Shown here one piece after another: positions 1 to 12,829 of a stretch of 32,271 nucleotides of DNA (positions are counted from its first letter, which is position 1; each line of letters starts with the position of its first letter). Both the position numbers and the translations under genes were made by a program. The DNA is taken from NCBI RefSeq assembly GCF_001186125.1, contig NW_014040271.1, positions 55,710 through 87,980 on the forward strand. Direction: 5' to 3'. Below the pieces are notes generated by a model. The model saw only the letters and a list, made by a program, of their open reading frames with translations, did not search any database and was not told the origin of the DNA. This DNA is from Sphaeroforma arctica JP610. Taxonomy: Eukaryota.

Positions 1-6
1 ATTTGT

Positions 7-360
7 TACCTCATTCTTACCGCTTCATGTAGTTATTGTCTTATTCTTAGTAATTATTTCTTCATTCTTACCACTGCCTGTAGTTATTGTCTTATTCTTA
101 GTATTTGTTGCCTCATTCTTACCTCTGCCTGTAGACATTGTTTTATTCTTAGTAATTATTGCCTCATTTTTACCACTGCCTGTAGTTATTCTCTTATTCT
201 TAGTAATTATTCCCTTATTCTGACCACTGCCTGTAGTTATTGTCTTATACTTAGTAATTATTCCCTCATTCTTACCACTGCCTGTAGTTATTGTCTCATT
301 CTTAGTAAATTTTGTCTCATTCTTATCACTGCCTGTAGGTATTGTATTTTTCTTACCACC
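7..360. repeat. 51-bp tandem minisatellite, ~7 copies
   Basis: TCATTCTTACC-like motif recurs at 11, 62, 113, 164 and onward. The minus-strand ORF 25-441 is a 17-aa repeat (TTGSGKNEAIITKNKTI). Confidence 0.9.
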
Positions 361-488
361 GTATTTACATATTTCTACAGTGTACCAGGTGATGCTGTCC
401 TGCTGGTCCGAATCACCACATGATAGACCTGAGTATAGCAATATTGTGACTCTGATGAATGATATGCTGAAGCAGGTAGGTAGCTCTA

Positions 489-605
489 TCTTGCACGGTT
501 CCCTGAGCTGTGTTTGGCTTTGATTTTATATTGCACGGCTTCCTGAGCTGTTTTTTTGTCTTTGATTCACTTGCACGGTTTTCTGAGCTGCTTTTGGCTT
601 TGGTT
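489..605. repeat. 40-bp tandem repeat, 3 copies
   Basis: TGCACGG(C/T)T..CTGAGCTG..TTT..CTTTG recurs at 492, 532 and 572. Confidence 0.75.
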
Positions 606-3419
606 CGGTTAAAGGTTTTCCGATTCTTTGACCCTCTCATCACACGTGCGACGCTTATCGATAACTTGTTAGTTCTGACACTCTCTGAATGTGTGTTCCA
701 GGCTTTGCGCTTCAGCTCCTCATCCCAAGTACTCTCTCGTAGAATATCCTCGGCGTCCCGCATTTCGGGCATGTCAGGTAGGTTGGTTACTATACATAGG
801 GGAACAGAATTGGTCAAAAATGAAATACTAATATGTAGGTGAGGACTATACAATGTGGCCCTGTGTGTGCAGGGTGGTGCAAGCTCGCTGCACAAGCACG
901 GTAGTCATAGGTTTTCAGGGTTTGGGCTGAGAAGGATCTATGCTTTAAGGCTTCTTTGCACCCTGATTCACACAGAGTCAACTGCTCGGATACTTGGTGT
1001 GTCTATGTGGCATACGGCTCTGGGTCGTATAGTGGTTTTAGTTTGATCACTGCCTCTTCGTTGACACCACCTTTGTACTCCTTGTAGCCATCTCTAAGCG
1101 TCCCTCGCTGTCCACGTCCAACACCGTTGCGACCGTTCCAGAGACGAACACCAGCACAACGCTGCCTCTTACCAGCACAGTGGCCCCTATTACCAGCACA
1201 GTGCCTCCTATTACTAGCGGGCAGATGCTGCAGTCTCAGATCAGTTACATGAATATTGGCAGGTATGTCTGTAGCTCTCAAAGATTCATCCCGCTTTTGT
1301 ACATACGCGTGTAAACTACTTGCAGGTGTGTCTGTATCGCTCGAAAATTGGCCACGGTTTTGTGCGTGCTTTTGAGTGTTATTTAAGCCTTTGGCCACTC
1401 GACTGCATGCATGGTTATCCTTTATCGCGCTGGACCTTTCACGGCCCAGGAGGAAATTCCGACTGAGTCTGGCTGTTCATGGCCGCAAGGGGGCTTCTAG
1501 TTTACATTCCGTTGTAGAGATGGTAAAGAGGGTCAAACTCTCACCGCGAATCTCTTACACTTTCTACGCACTTGCACACAGACTACCACAGACGAATGTC
1601 AATACCTCAATTTTTGGTCTGGGTTCAACTATAGTGGATACTCGGTAAGTAGACCGATAAAGTTACTTCTGTCATTTATTATTGACTATAGGGCCTCCAT
1701 CATGGTCTTTGTTTGTCCGGATGCGCGTCGTGTGTATAGATAGCTCTACCACACAGCACGGTTCAATAAATCACCCCACGCGCTGATGACACCCCCTCCC
1801 CTAATGCAGGCCAACCCCAGTGCCGAGACAACAGCAACAATTAGTAGCGACAGACAGCAGAGCACAGTCCCTGTCTCCACTCAACCCTCGCACGCGCTCG
1901 ATATCAGCCGCTCTATCTCACACTCAGTCGAGAGCAGGGCCGGAATCGCCAGTAACCCGAAATATAGTCAGTAGTGACGGGAACTACTTGGTCGCCTCCC
2001 GAGGCCCTAATAGCTCGGGAGTGTTTATGAAGCGAGATGGTGCCTGAGCTTAAGCGTATTGGCTTGCTCGTTGTATCGGGCGAGCCAAGTCATGTGAAGA
2101 AGACAAAATGTATGTATATCACTGCGCCGTGTGGTCTATTGTGGGTTATGGGCACACCATAGGCATAGGTGCACCTGCCGAGTGTCGACTTACTACGGAA
2201 TGCAGGCGTATGTAATGCGGCATTATTAATATATATCTTAGTGCATAATTGCCATATAATACTACTAATGCAGGCGTATGACGTATGGCGCTCGACGAGT
2301 CTAAATGTTTTGTACACTGCGCCTGACTGGGCCAAATGTGGTGAAGTGAGATTTACACATAGCTAGTGAAGATAGTGGAATGTACTCACATCACAGTGTA
2401 TGTACAATGCCCAAGAGACAGGCGGGTGTCATCACTATTGCGCTCACGGCGGATGTGCGCTTTTATTTGAGGTACATTGATGCATAAGAAATATCGATGA
2501 TTCAAGCGTAACTTACAATGCGAAAAAAAGTGTTGCGGTCTAGCCGAATATGCTTCGAACCGTGCGCCTCGAATTGATGAAACACGCACATGTACCAAAC
2601 ACACACATGTACCAAGTGCATGAGCATGAAGTCAGACTCGTACTCGCCGAGCGAATCAATATGTCTGCCTTTACGCATAGTAGCCTACCGGGATAGACAC
2701 AATATCTACGAAGAACTCAAGACTATCGGAAAGCTACATATCCAGATGAATTGATTCGGATGCACGCCGATAGGTCGCCGGAATGACACTTAACTAACTA
2801 ATAACATATAGAGCAATATAGGTAGAACTACCAGTGTGCAAAATTACATGTAGGTATGATTAGTATTGAAATGAATTGACTAGCAGGTACACGATATATC
2901 ATGCTTGCAGTGATGCTGTATTTAGTTGTATGTATGATTACGGAACATCACTGGATATAGATTACCCCGACCATGTACGACGATGCATTTGTTCCTCTGC
3001 TAGTATACTTGGATAAGATAATTACTGTTTTCGGACCCTTTGTATCATGAACGCCAATATGTCGCGGGTCAGTGCTCTCGATAGTAAGCGCTTCTGTGAG
3101 CATCATTTCACAATGGCAAGCTTCAATGTTTCAAGTTACATTTAATATCACAGTTGAGGGCGTGCAAACGACTTCCATACAATAAACAAACTGTGGGATG
3201 AGTTCGTGAATGATATGCACAATACACACTCACCTCAAACGATTGTCTGGTCAGCTGTTGGATCCTCGTGACGAATTGCATTGAAGCTGTCCTTGTTCTA
3301 AGAATTAAAAAAAAAATTGATCTATCTTCGATTTTATTCGAGAGATAAAGCTCTCCAACAGAGGAATACGTCGTGAAGAGCGCCTATTTGGGTGAGTGTT
3401 ACCCACAGAAATAACCACA

Positions 3420-5105
3420 TAACTGATCTCTTCGCTTTGTTGTTTTGTTGTATGTTCGCATGTGTTGATTCTTCGCACATGCTGCTTATTTTGCATATGT
3501 TGCTTCTTGTGTTGCTTCTTCGTATGCATTGCTTCTTCGCTTGTGTTGCTTCTTCACATATGATATGTCTTCGGACATATTGTTTCTTCGCTCTTCGCAT
3601 TCGTTGTTTGTTCGCATGTATTGTTTCTTCGTATGTATTCTTATTTCGCCCGTGTCATGAAAATTCCCCCCCGCATGTATCATTTCTTCACCTGTATTGT
3701 TTCGTCTGTTTCGTCGTATTTGTTGTTTTTTCGAATGTATTATTTCTTCACATATATTGTTTCATCGCATTTGTTGTTTCATCGCATATATTGTTTCGTC
3801 GCATTTGTTGTTTCTTCGCATTTTATGTATCATCACATATATTGTTTCGTCGCATTTGTTGTTTCTTCGCATTTTATGTATCATCACATATATTGTTTCG
3901 CCGCATTTGTTGTTTCTTCACATTTTATGTATCATCACATATATTGTTTTATCGCATTTGTTGTTTCATCGCATATATTATTTCTTCACATGTATCCTTT
4001 TATCGCATTTGTTGTTTCATCGCATTTGTTGTTTCTTCGCATTTTATGTATCATCACATATATTGTTTCGCCGCATTTGTTGTTTCTTCACATTTTATGT
4101 ATCATCACATATATTGTTTTATCGCATTTGTTGTTTCATCGCATATATTATTTCTTCACATGTATCGTTTCATCGCATATAATGTTTCGTCGCATTTGTT
4201 GTTTCTTGGCATGTATTGTTTCGTCGCATTTGTTGTTTCATCGCATATATTGTTTCGTCGCATTTGTTGTTTTCTCGCATGTATTGCTTCGTCGCATTTG
4301 TTGTTTCTTCGTATTTTATGTATCATCACATATATTGTTTCGTCGCATTTGTTGTTTTTTCGCATGTATTATTTCTTCACATGTATCGTTTCATCGCATT
4401 TGTTGTTTCTTCGCATGCATTATTTCTTCGCATATAGTGTTTCGTCGCATTTATTGTTTCTTCGTATATATTGTTTCGTCGCACTTGTTGTTTCATCGCA
4501 TATATTTTTGTTGTTTCATCGCATTTATTATTGCTTCATCTATATTGTTTCTTCGCATGTGCTATTTGTTCACACACGTCGTTTTTTTGTATGTATTATT
4601 CATGCGCATTTGTTGTTTCTTCGCATGTGCCAATTGTTCACACACGTCATTTTATCGCATGTTTTATTTATGTGCATGTTTGTTCTTACGCGTATGTGTT
4701 GTTTCTTCGCCATTACTATTTATTCACACGTGCTAGTTCTTCCGATGCGTCGTTTCTCTGGATGTGATGTTCCTTCGTATGTGATAATTCTTCGCACATG
4801 TTATATCTTCGGACGTACTGTTTCTTCGGACGTATTGTTTCTTCGTATATACTGTTTCCTGGCACGTGTCGATTTTCGCATGTGCTGTTTTTTCGTAAGT
4901 GTTGTCTATTCGTATGTGTAGTTTAGTTGCCTGTATTGTTCCTTCGCATGTGTTGCTCCTTCGTATGTGTCGCTTCTTTGCATGTGCTGTTTCTTCGAAA
5001 ATGATATTTCTTTGGACGTATTGCTGCTTTGCATGATTTGTTTCTTTACAATTGATGATTCCTTACAAGTGCTATTTTTGTCACATGAGTCGTTTCTTTG
5101 CATAG
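3420..5105. repeat. Minisatellite array with ~17-bp monomer (TCGCATTTGTTGTTTCT) and 51-bp higher-order unit; homogeneous core, degenerate edges
   Basis: Direct repeats are visible. Overlapping low-complexity ORFs occur in all three + frames. Confidence 0.9.
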
Positions 5106-5149
5106 TCGAGTGTCTAAAATTCTGAAATTTCGTCGAGTATGCTGCATGC

Positions 5150-5800
5150 GGTACCGCCTCTCCGTATCAAAGGACATCTCATCGCGCCAACGCTAGTAGG
5201 CCCCCCAAATGCAAACACTCTCATCTGACGCCAACTTATCCCTCCCATGTCCATGGCGGCGAAAATCTTCGAGACTTCTCCACAGCCTTCCGAATACTTA
5301 GGATTGCATACTGTCCCAGGGCATACCGGGTATCCACTTTATCAAACATATGGACCACCTCGTAGCCATTACTTCAGGCTATAGTGTCCTTCCGGGCGTA
5401 TAGGTTTCATGAGTTCAGCTGGCGCCATCCGCAAAATCGGATGGCAATATTCAAGACATTTCATTCTTTCAACGGCCACTTATGGTCTGAGCATCATTGC
5501 ATGGGCTCCACCTATATGGCATGACGCGTTGAAGCCACTGTACGAGCGGTACAACTAAGCACTAATCTAAGCAGCAGCTATCATAACTGGCACTGTATTC
5601 CCAGAACTTCCATACTAGCGTATAGACTTTTCCGCTTCTGCGGTTTATTTCCAGCACGCCAATTTACGGAGTACCTTGGTGGCTGCCTGGGACTATATTT
5701 TGAAATCGTTATTAACGTATTCAGAAATACGTCTACTTCTGTAGTCTCTCAGAAATGCTGCTGTAGAACACTTTAAAACTTTGATACTATTCCCAATTGA
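5150..5800 (+). pseudogene. Possible highly degraded non-LTR (LINE) reverse transcriptase C-terminal fragment
   Basis: Manual translation gives EYLGL (~5291), RPLM..(frameshift)..IIAWAP (~5472-5510) and AAAIITG (~5571). These are in the order of the LINE RT KYLG / RP.LEY...W.P / AARIITG motifs, with stops and frameshifts. Confidence 0.35.
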
Positions 5801-7865
5801 TATCTCTGCTACTCATTCTCACGCTGACCATATGATATCTTTCAGCATATAAAAGGAGGGGGGGGGGAATACTGGTTACCGCTTCTTCGCCTTATAGAGC
5901 TTGACTTGTCTCTATGTTGCGCATATATGGTCATATGAATGACGCGCCAGATTGGGGCCGCCCGTCAGTCAGTTATCTTGTTTTTTGATCAACTGTTTGC
6001 CGATCAAAGCAATATAGATATTTGTTCTTCGTACGAATCAATACTTATACACTTGCGTACAACCCGATAGTGTTCAAACATATATAGGGCTGAATTATCG
6101 ACTTGGAACGACCTGAGTTAAGAAACTCGATCTCTCGGGAGTGAGGCAAATAAAGATTTCAATAAATCGAACAGTATTTATTTTTGCTGTATAAGCCGAT
6201 CTGAGGCATGTAGTCTCACACTTTATTTTACAGTTAGGAGTTTTCCTGCACAATAGTGATTCCTGTCACTGTACAGAGGACTACCAAATCCACGAGTGCA
6301 AGCAATTTGACACTCCAGAGTTTCAATCTTCCATCTTCAGCCATCAAGTACCAGAAACAACCGTATCAAATCAGCCTTCACACTACAGTCAACTTTCTAC
6401 ACAGGATCATGACTTTCTCGTTGTTCTCGCTGTGCTGTACTATACAAAGTTGTGTCGGGTGTCAGTGATGAACATTCTGCCATAACCGCCAGTAAATATA
6501 GTATTGATAGCACATGTAAATAGATATCCTGGCTCAGAACAATCACTTCTGTCGAATTTACTTCCAATAGTTACCAATGATGAGAACCACAACAAATACT
6601 GTTGTGCAAAATTGGGTAAGTGCTCGTGTAAAAAATTCGCCAGTCCTAATGCGAATACGATATCCCTCTGACATCTTGGTATTGGCCAATCGATTGAACT
6701 TTGCTGTTTCTCATTGTTAAAGTCAATCCCGTTTGCAGATACCTTCTTCTCGAGTACCCTCTTTCATTTCTGGTTACGTTTGAAGTCACTCTCCAAGATA
6801 CTGTAAAGCGTATGCAGCTTCTATGCGTCCCTTTAGGCTCTGGTATCTTACAGCATTTTACGGCCTGCTTGTCTACGAAGTAGCGATCGCGATGAACAGA
6901 GAAGTACTTTAAATTTACTAGCGTATCGAACAGAGAAGTACATTCAAAGTATTCTGATTCTCCTTCATTTCTCCTCATGAACGTGGACGTCGATGGCGTT
7001 GTAGCTTACATTCGCTGCTGCCTGATCTTGATTAAATTTAAGCGGATGTCGTGGAGATAGTGATTGTTTTATCACTTCGCGGAATACATCAAAAGAAGGC
7101 TTCACCAGTGACGTCATATCTTGTAGAATGTTCAACGCAAAACTCAAATCCGCTGGTTACAGATGCTTTTTCGCCAGGTGACTTAACAATTGTTAACTTC
7201 TGAATACTGCAAGAGCTACACAATTCGGTTGGTATCAATTTCATGTGCCTGGCTTTGAGCGTGTTATAACTGACATACGCTCCCGGCGAATAATGTACAC
7301 ATTATCGCATGGCGCTACCTGGGAAACAGCGTGGTCGTTGGTTGTGCTATCTGGTTAATAAAATGATCACGCTCCGACGTCCCATTGTCGTGAATCGAGT
7401 CGACGCCCTCCATTGAAAATTGACGAAGTCGAAGTCGAGCTGAATTAGCCTGGTATTCTAGGTAGTTTAGTGCACATGCACTAGCATATCCAAGTGGTCA
7501 TCCGGGTCAGCAGCTCATTCAATTCGTTGTTTGGCCTGATCCAACGTAGAAATCGAGTGTTGAGCCTCAGAGACTCGTTGGGCTAGCAAATCATGGATTT
7601 CTGCCTTGCCTTCATCATCCGGTGTCGACTATCAAAATTGCTATAGACGCCATTCACGGTGAAAACGCTGTTTACACCTTAGAACAGGTCAAAAGCAGTC
7701 GTTTCAACAACCGATCACAGGCATTCTCTTGCCAACCTCAAGTACCGAGGTAGTAGTAGGTTCCTTGATGGTGACAGTTTTATTATTATAGCTAATTTGA
7801 TTTCAGCTAAACTAGTCTATAAAGAACTTGTAATGTATTAAATACAGTAGTTCGGTCACTTAAGA

Positions 7866-9142
7866 AATGTAGTCAAATCCGAGTAGATTTTAGTGTAGTA
7901 AAGAGCGTCAAGTCTGGATAAGTGGACTCAGTTAGAAGCGCCGTTATGAACGGCCCATCTGTTGTATCAATATTAATCACGTTCTTGTGTGGGACATGAT
8001 TTTCTCTAGGAACAGGAAATATACAAATATCGGTATCTCTTGTTAAACTATGATCGTCAGGTGAGTCACCATTCTCTTGTTGATTCCCATTTTAAAATCT
8101 CCTACACGGTCTGATCGTTTGGCCCGGTATCTTACAAGTCTGGTCCTCTGGTCCGGTCCTTAAATCATCTCCCCACTTTGTTCACATGGTCATGTTATTC
8201 TGCTCTTTCTAACGGCGAGTGTAAGTAAGGGTCACCGCAACCGAGGCAGTCGTCGTGTCACATTTACCAACGTTGATGATATATAACTACGAAATACAGA
8301 AACGAAATTCGTCCTGATTGCATAATAAATACAACATAATTAACGATTGAGATACATCATAATACATTACGAACTGAATCGTATTTTATTTATTTATAGG
8401 TGTTCCAGAATTGGATTACATACTCGGTGATATGCCTGACACCAACACAGAAACACCGATATCAGATGACACCTCATCAGGAGATGAAGATGGAAACGCT
8501 CCAGATCAATAGTACTGTTCTCAAAATGCAAAACAATATCAGATACTCTCACGTTCGAAACTTTATTTATATTCGCACGTACGCTACACTGTTTAGCACA
8601 AAGTGTATACGGTATCTATATAAAACTGAGAAATGCTTGCGCTGATACATGTTGCCGGATTGTTTTTAGAATCGTGGTCCAATTAAACTTACCATTCCTG
8701 TTTCATGTTCTATGGCGGGTGTGTAATAACCGCTAATACACACTGGAACAACGCACCATATTGTGGACAAAGTACTTTGGACGGGGATTTAGGATCGGAC
8801 CAAAGGACCAGACCAGATAGTGGAATAGAGGATTAGTGAGAGAGAAGGATGACTCATCGGACATCGTTATAATTTAGTAACTAGGAGACCACAATCTTAG
8901 GGATAATATTATATATTTCAAAAAAATATAAGTTACAATGTATGTATGTTATAACGTATGAGCATATGATATGGCCCGTACGGAAATTTTCACAACTTTC
9001 CGTTGTTAGAGAAAATCTTACCCCATATAGGCGAGTAATTATTAAATACAGCAGGCGCGAGGTTCGTAACGGCACTTTTGACTGAGTTCACTTATTAAGA
9101 GTTATCACTCGTTACTAAGTACTACTCGGATTTAACTATATT
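7866..9142. mobile_element. Foldback/long-TIR non-autonomous element: diverged ~330-380 bp inverted repeats (7866-8190 vs 8760-9142) around a ~570-bp spacer
   Basis: AATGTAGTCAAATCCGAGTAG (7866) matches the reverse complement of CTACTCGGATTTAACTATATT (9122-9142). GTCTGGTCCTCTGGTCCGGTCCT (~8138) matches the reverse complement of AGGATCGGACCAAAGGACCAGAC (~8791). Confidence 0.6.
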
Positions 9143-10536
9143 ATTTGTTCACAATGAGCATGGCAAGGTATGTATACGTAAATTGTGACGTGTCACCCAA
9201 CAGCAAGACGAATAAGTTGCCTCGTCAATTAGAGGACGCACATTCCAGCTCTATTGTATTGCTGAAAACACTTTAACACCATTATGGCGAATCCCAACAA
9301 ATGACGATTCAGTCATTGAAAGACAGTACTTTGCCGTATATATATAGTTACACTGCGTAAAAGTCCGTTGAAAAGTCATGTAGTAGTTATACACTGTGCA
9401 ATTGGTGGAGTGTATGTTGATGATATTTGCCATACGTCTGTGTGCCACATCTCCAGCATATTTCTAGTCACTCAAACAGTTCCGCCTGCAGCATAGTAAC
9501 CATCGGTGTCCATATCATCGCAGATGTTGTAGTCGCCAGTACATCGTGTACGAAATATTGACAGTACCCCTATACTGTACATCCCACAAACCTCCTTTCG
9601 GACGTTGGTCACGCATGTAACTGTCGTACATCATCCAAAATTAAAAATAACTGGAGACAGCCTAAGGAGAAGTAATGACGTCGTGAGCAAACCACCTGTG
9701 TCACCGCTAGTATTCAATCAGCCGCCAGTCGAGGTCCCATCGAGTCAGACATAATTTTGAGAATTTGCGTTATTTTCCAAATCTGATCTAGTGACTTTGT
9801 GGTGTTGTCCGCCGTATGCGTTAGATATTCCTGAGTTGCGACGCTGACGGCCACTGACGTACTTGTAAAATTCACGCAAAGGCTTGCCACCAACCTTAGT
9901 ATCAGATATGGTATCCCTGAGAATCTCTGCTGGTGTCGTAGCAATTACACCTTCGCCAAGTTGTAATTTCGCTTACTTTGAACCTTCTATACGATTGGAA
10001 TATGTCGTCCTGAAATCCCAAGCTAAACCTGTGCTGGCCCGCACATAATTAAACTGTACATATCAATCCACGAGCTCCTATTCAGTGATGAATGACTCAG
10101 CCCCGGATGGCCATATATTATTAAACTGTACATATCATGTTCACTTCTATGCAATGATAGCTGGCTCAGGACGGCCAAATAATATGCAGATGTACCGTTT
10201 GTCTATTTGTTAAATAAAGTATATGTAGATTTCGGTTGGCACCTGTTTAAAAATATTTTGTGAGCCACTGTCAATCGTATATTTCACATCCGACCAGACT
10301 GTGACATTGCCTTAAAAAGTATCAACCCATTCTATTAAGAATTCCAAAAAATTTAAAATTAGTAGCTGAATTAGCAGAATACCCACCTTAACTTTTTGCA
10401 CATGTGTCAGCAAACCTAAATTGTTGGTCTGCATGCCAACCCCTTAAATATGATGTATAGCCTTATCCAACGTGGAAACCGATTGTTGAGTCTCAGATAC
10501 CAAAATAGTTTAGCGTAGCGTAGACCTTTACCATAG

Positions 10537-11321
10537 TGAAAGTTTCGGTCTATCAAGGCGATATTAACGCCTTAGAGTAATTAAATGCTTAGGTTAAGTT
10601 TAAGTTTAGTTAAATTCGAAATAAATAAACGAAATGAGTCTTGTAGTAAAGTTAGGTATGCCTCGTGAAAGCAGCAATACTCTGAGGGATTGTGAGGCTG
10701 AGACATTGCCTATATATAATCCTCTCAGTACTTTTTTTTTCGCCGAAGGGATTTTATTTAGTGTTTCGTTGTCGCTCTATTAGAAACTATGGTTTGTTTC
10801 GTTGGGGCGAATCCGAGATACTCATAAAATCCTATCTTTAGAAAAAAAGAAAAGAAAAAATAGAAAAGAAAAAAAAGAAAAAAACTCTTGAAGTCCATAA
10901 TTATTGCATTAACCAATAACTTGCCGCTTCTCAAGAATTACCGACTTAGCCTTCATCAGACTGGCACATCTGGTTGGCTGAACGGAGGTAAAACTAGGTA
11001 ACGCTAATAGTCCCTAGAAACCTATATTCGGTTAAGCCATCTCGCTACCGAAGTATTCAGATATAAATAGATTTGGAAAGTAAATATAGTTCTATTAATA
11101 GAACTAGACCAAATCTTATGTTTGGTATTTTACTGGGGCCTTATAATGGCCTTGTCCAAATATCTGATATGTAAAATAGAAAAGGTATCAATTAATAGAA
11201 CCGTTAAAAACCATTTAAGAAACTTAAGTTCCTCGTACTATTAAGAGTACGTTTATAGTTTACGTACTGCTTAAGAGTACGTTTATAACATAGAGTCTAA
11301 AGTGGAGGTCCGGCTATTACA
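10537..11321 (-). repeat. 3' LTR (785 bp)
   Basis: Reads TGAAAGTTTCGGTCTATC...CGGCTATTACA and is colinear with both ends of 16895-18444. Confidence 0.9.
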
Positions 11322-11335
11322 CAGCCCCTACCCAG
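11322..11335 (-). promoter_or_regulatory. Polypurine tract of the retrotransposon
   Basis: Minus strand reads CTGGGTAGGGGCTG immediately upstream of the 3' LTR. Confidence 0.6.
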
Positions 11336-11673
11336 TTTTGAGACCCAGGAGAAGCAAGTTGCTCACACAAGCTGATTATGGGTCAAAAGGCGAGAAAGGA
11401 AAAACGGGTCGAAAACATTAAGTAGCACAACGTATAGTTAACGTTTCTCATGCGGAGAAGTTAAGCGTTCTCGGTTACCCTGTGAGTTTTGGGCTTAGGT
11501 CCAGTAGGTCCGTGGTGGTCGACTGGATGTTTCTTTCGCTTCAGTGTCTTAAGCACATATGAAGGGTGAGCATTAAAGCTCGAGATAAATGCTGTAGGCG
11601 GGTAAGTTTTAACTTCCGTGCTTTCAGACGATAGAAACATGCTATCTTTTTCAGCTTGTGACTTATGCAGGCG

Positions 11674-12000
11674 TTAACGCCATTTTCGATTAAGGGCTTT
11701 TAAATAGTCTTGATTATCGAACAGATCAATGATGACCCTGCGCCATGGAACATCTTCAGTCACACTCTTAAGCGGTGCGAACCCATAGCGCTTAATCTGG
11801 TTGAGGTCACAGTCTGTACATGACTGATATACTTTGTCAACTAAAGTTGCCAGCTTAGGGTGCGCGATCCCATTTTGCTTAGCATCTTTAAGTGCGTCTA
11901 CTACGTTCTGGTGCTTCAGCTTATGGTTTTGCGTCAGCCAAGCAATACTGTTTTCATCATTCTGCTCCTCCAGAATAAAGGTAGGGTGTTGAGAATCCAC
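11674..12000 (-). pseudogene. Truncated retroviral-type integrase: HHCC zinc finger plus start of the catalytic core
   Basis: H-KLK-H...C-TD-C is followed by PLKSVTEDVPWRRVIIDLF (first Asp of DDE). The rest of the core is missing. Confidence 0.8.
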
Positions 12001-12399
12001 TTGCGTAATCTCTAAGTCTGTAGTGTTTCCAGACTCCTATCCTTCTTACGCATGAGTGTCATGAGTGCACTCGTGTGCGTTTGATATACCTGACTTATTT
12101 AATAGTCGCATTATATGTGTATATGCTTCGGGAATATATTTCATTAACCCCTTTAGAATTAGGGTTTGAAAGACTTCGGGCTTGGACTTTATGTTATTAA
12201 ACAGAGTTCTAGCTAGAGACTGTCGCTTCTTAACTGTAGTGTCATTAGTAGATTGTATTTCTTGTTTACAGACTTCAAGTGCTGTGTTGTCTTTGAACTG
12301 CTTAACGTTCAATTTAGTAGAGAGTGGAATCTCTGATTTTTTGACCTTGTTAAGGAAGGTCTCAGAAGGGGTCCATTTGGCTGTTCCAATGGGACCTAT

Positions 12400-12795
12400 A
12401 CGATATTTTATAGTATGTCTCCAGGGCGTCTTCTGGACGGCTCGAGTACCCTGATATAGGAAAGTATCTACTTCCCTATCTAAATATATTGGCTCGCATT
12501 GTATCATGCTTATTAATGTATTGAGCCATGGATCTTCACTCCATAATGGGCAACACAACGTGATGGTAGCTTTGTGTATGTAAACATAATTTAGCAATTG
12601 GGCAATTAACTGCCATGGTGGATTAGCACACGCATTATGTTTGGAGAGGTCTAGTTAAAAGGCATCTCCTAAAGGATGATTTAAAGTCCTGTAACTCTTA
12701 AGTTGTGCATTATGATGTGCAGCAAACATGTCAACTGTATGTGGCCCAAATACCTTTTGAGCCAGTTCAACCCACCTGGGGTTACATTTCCAATC
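12400..12795 (-). pseudogene. DIRS/Dam-like N6-adenine DNA methyltransferase domain with one internal stop
   Basis: In-frame translation: WKCNPRWVELAQKVFGPHTVDMFAAHHNAQL...DAF*LDLSKHNACANPPWQLIAQLL...CPLWSEDPW. DMFA is at 12721-12732 and NPPW at 12613-12624. Confidence 0.85.
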
Positions 12796-12829
12796 AGTGG
12801 CTAGTAACTCACGTACGGATTTATTAAAG

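Noticed and set aside
7..360. CRISPR-like appearance of regular repeats
   Set aside because: No unique spacers, no cas genes, and the context is eukaryotic.
413..1398. Minus-strand ORFs of 160 and 131 aa
   Set aside because: No recognisable domain, partly built from short tandem repeats, and no clear exon structure.
1783..1790. CTGATGA hammerhead ribozyme core
   Set aside because: No stem II followed by GAAA at a suitable distance.
3392..4921. 509-aa and 371-aa hydrophobic ORFs
   Set aside because: Artefacts of a T-rich minisatellite; they are open in several frames at once.
6250..7750. Possible decayed hAT-like transposase on the minus strand (e.g. DLSFALNILQD)
   Set aside because: Motifs are too weak and fragmented to support without a profile search.
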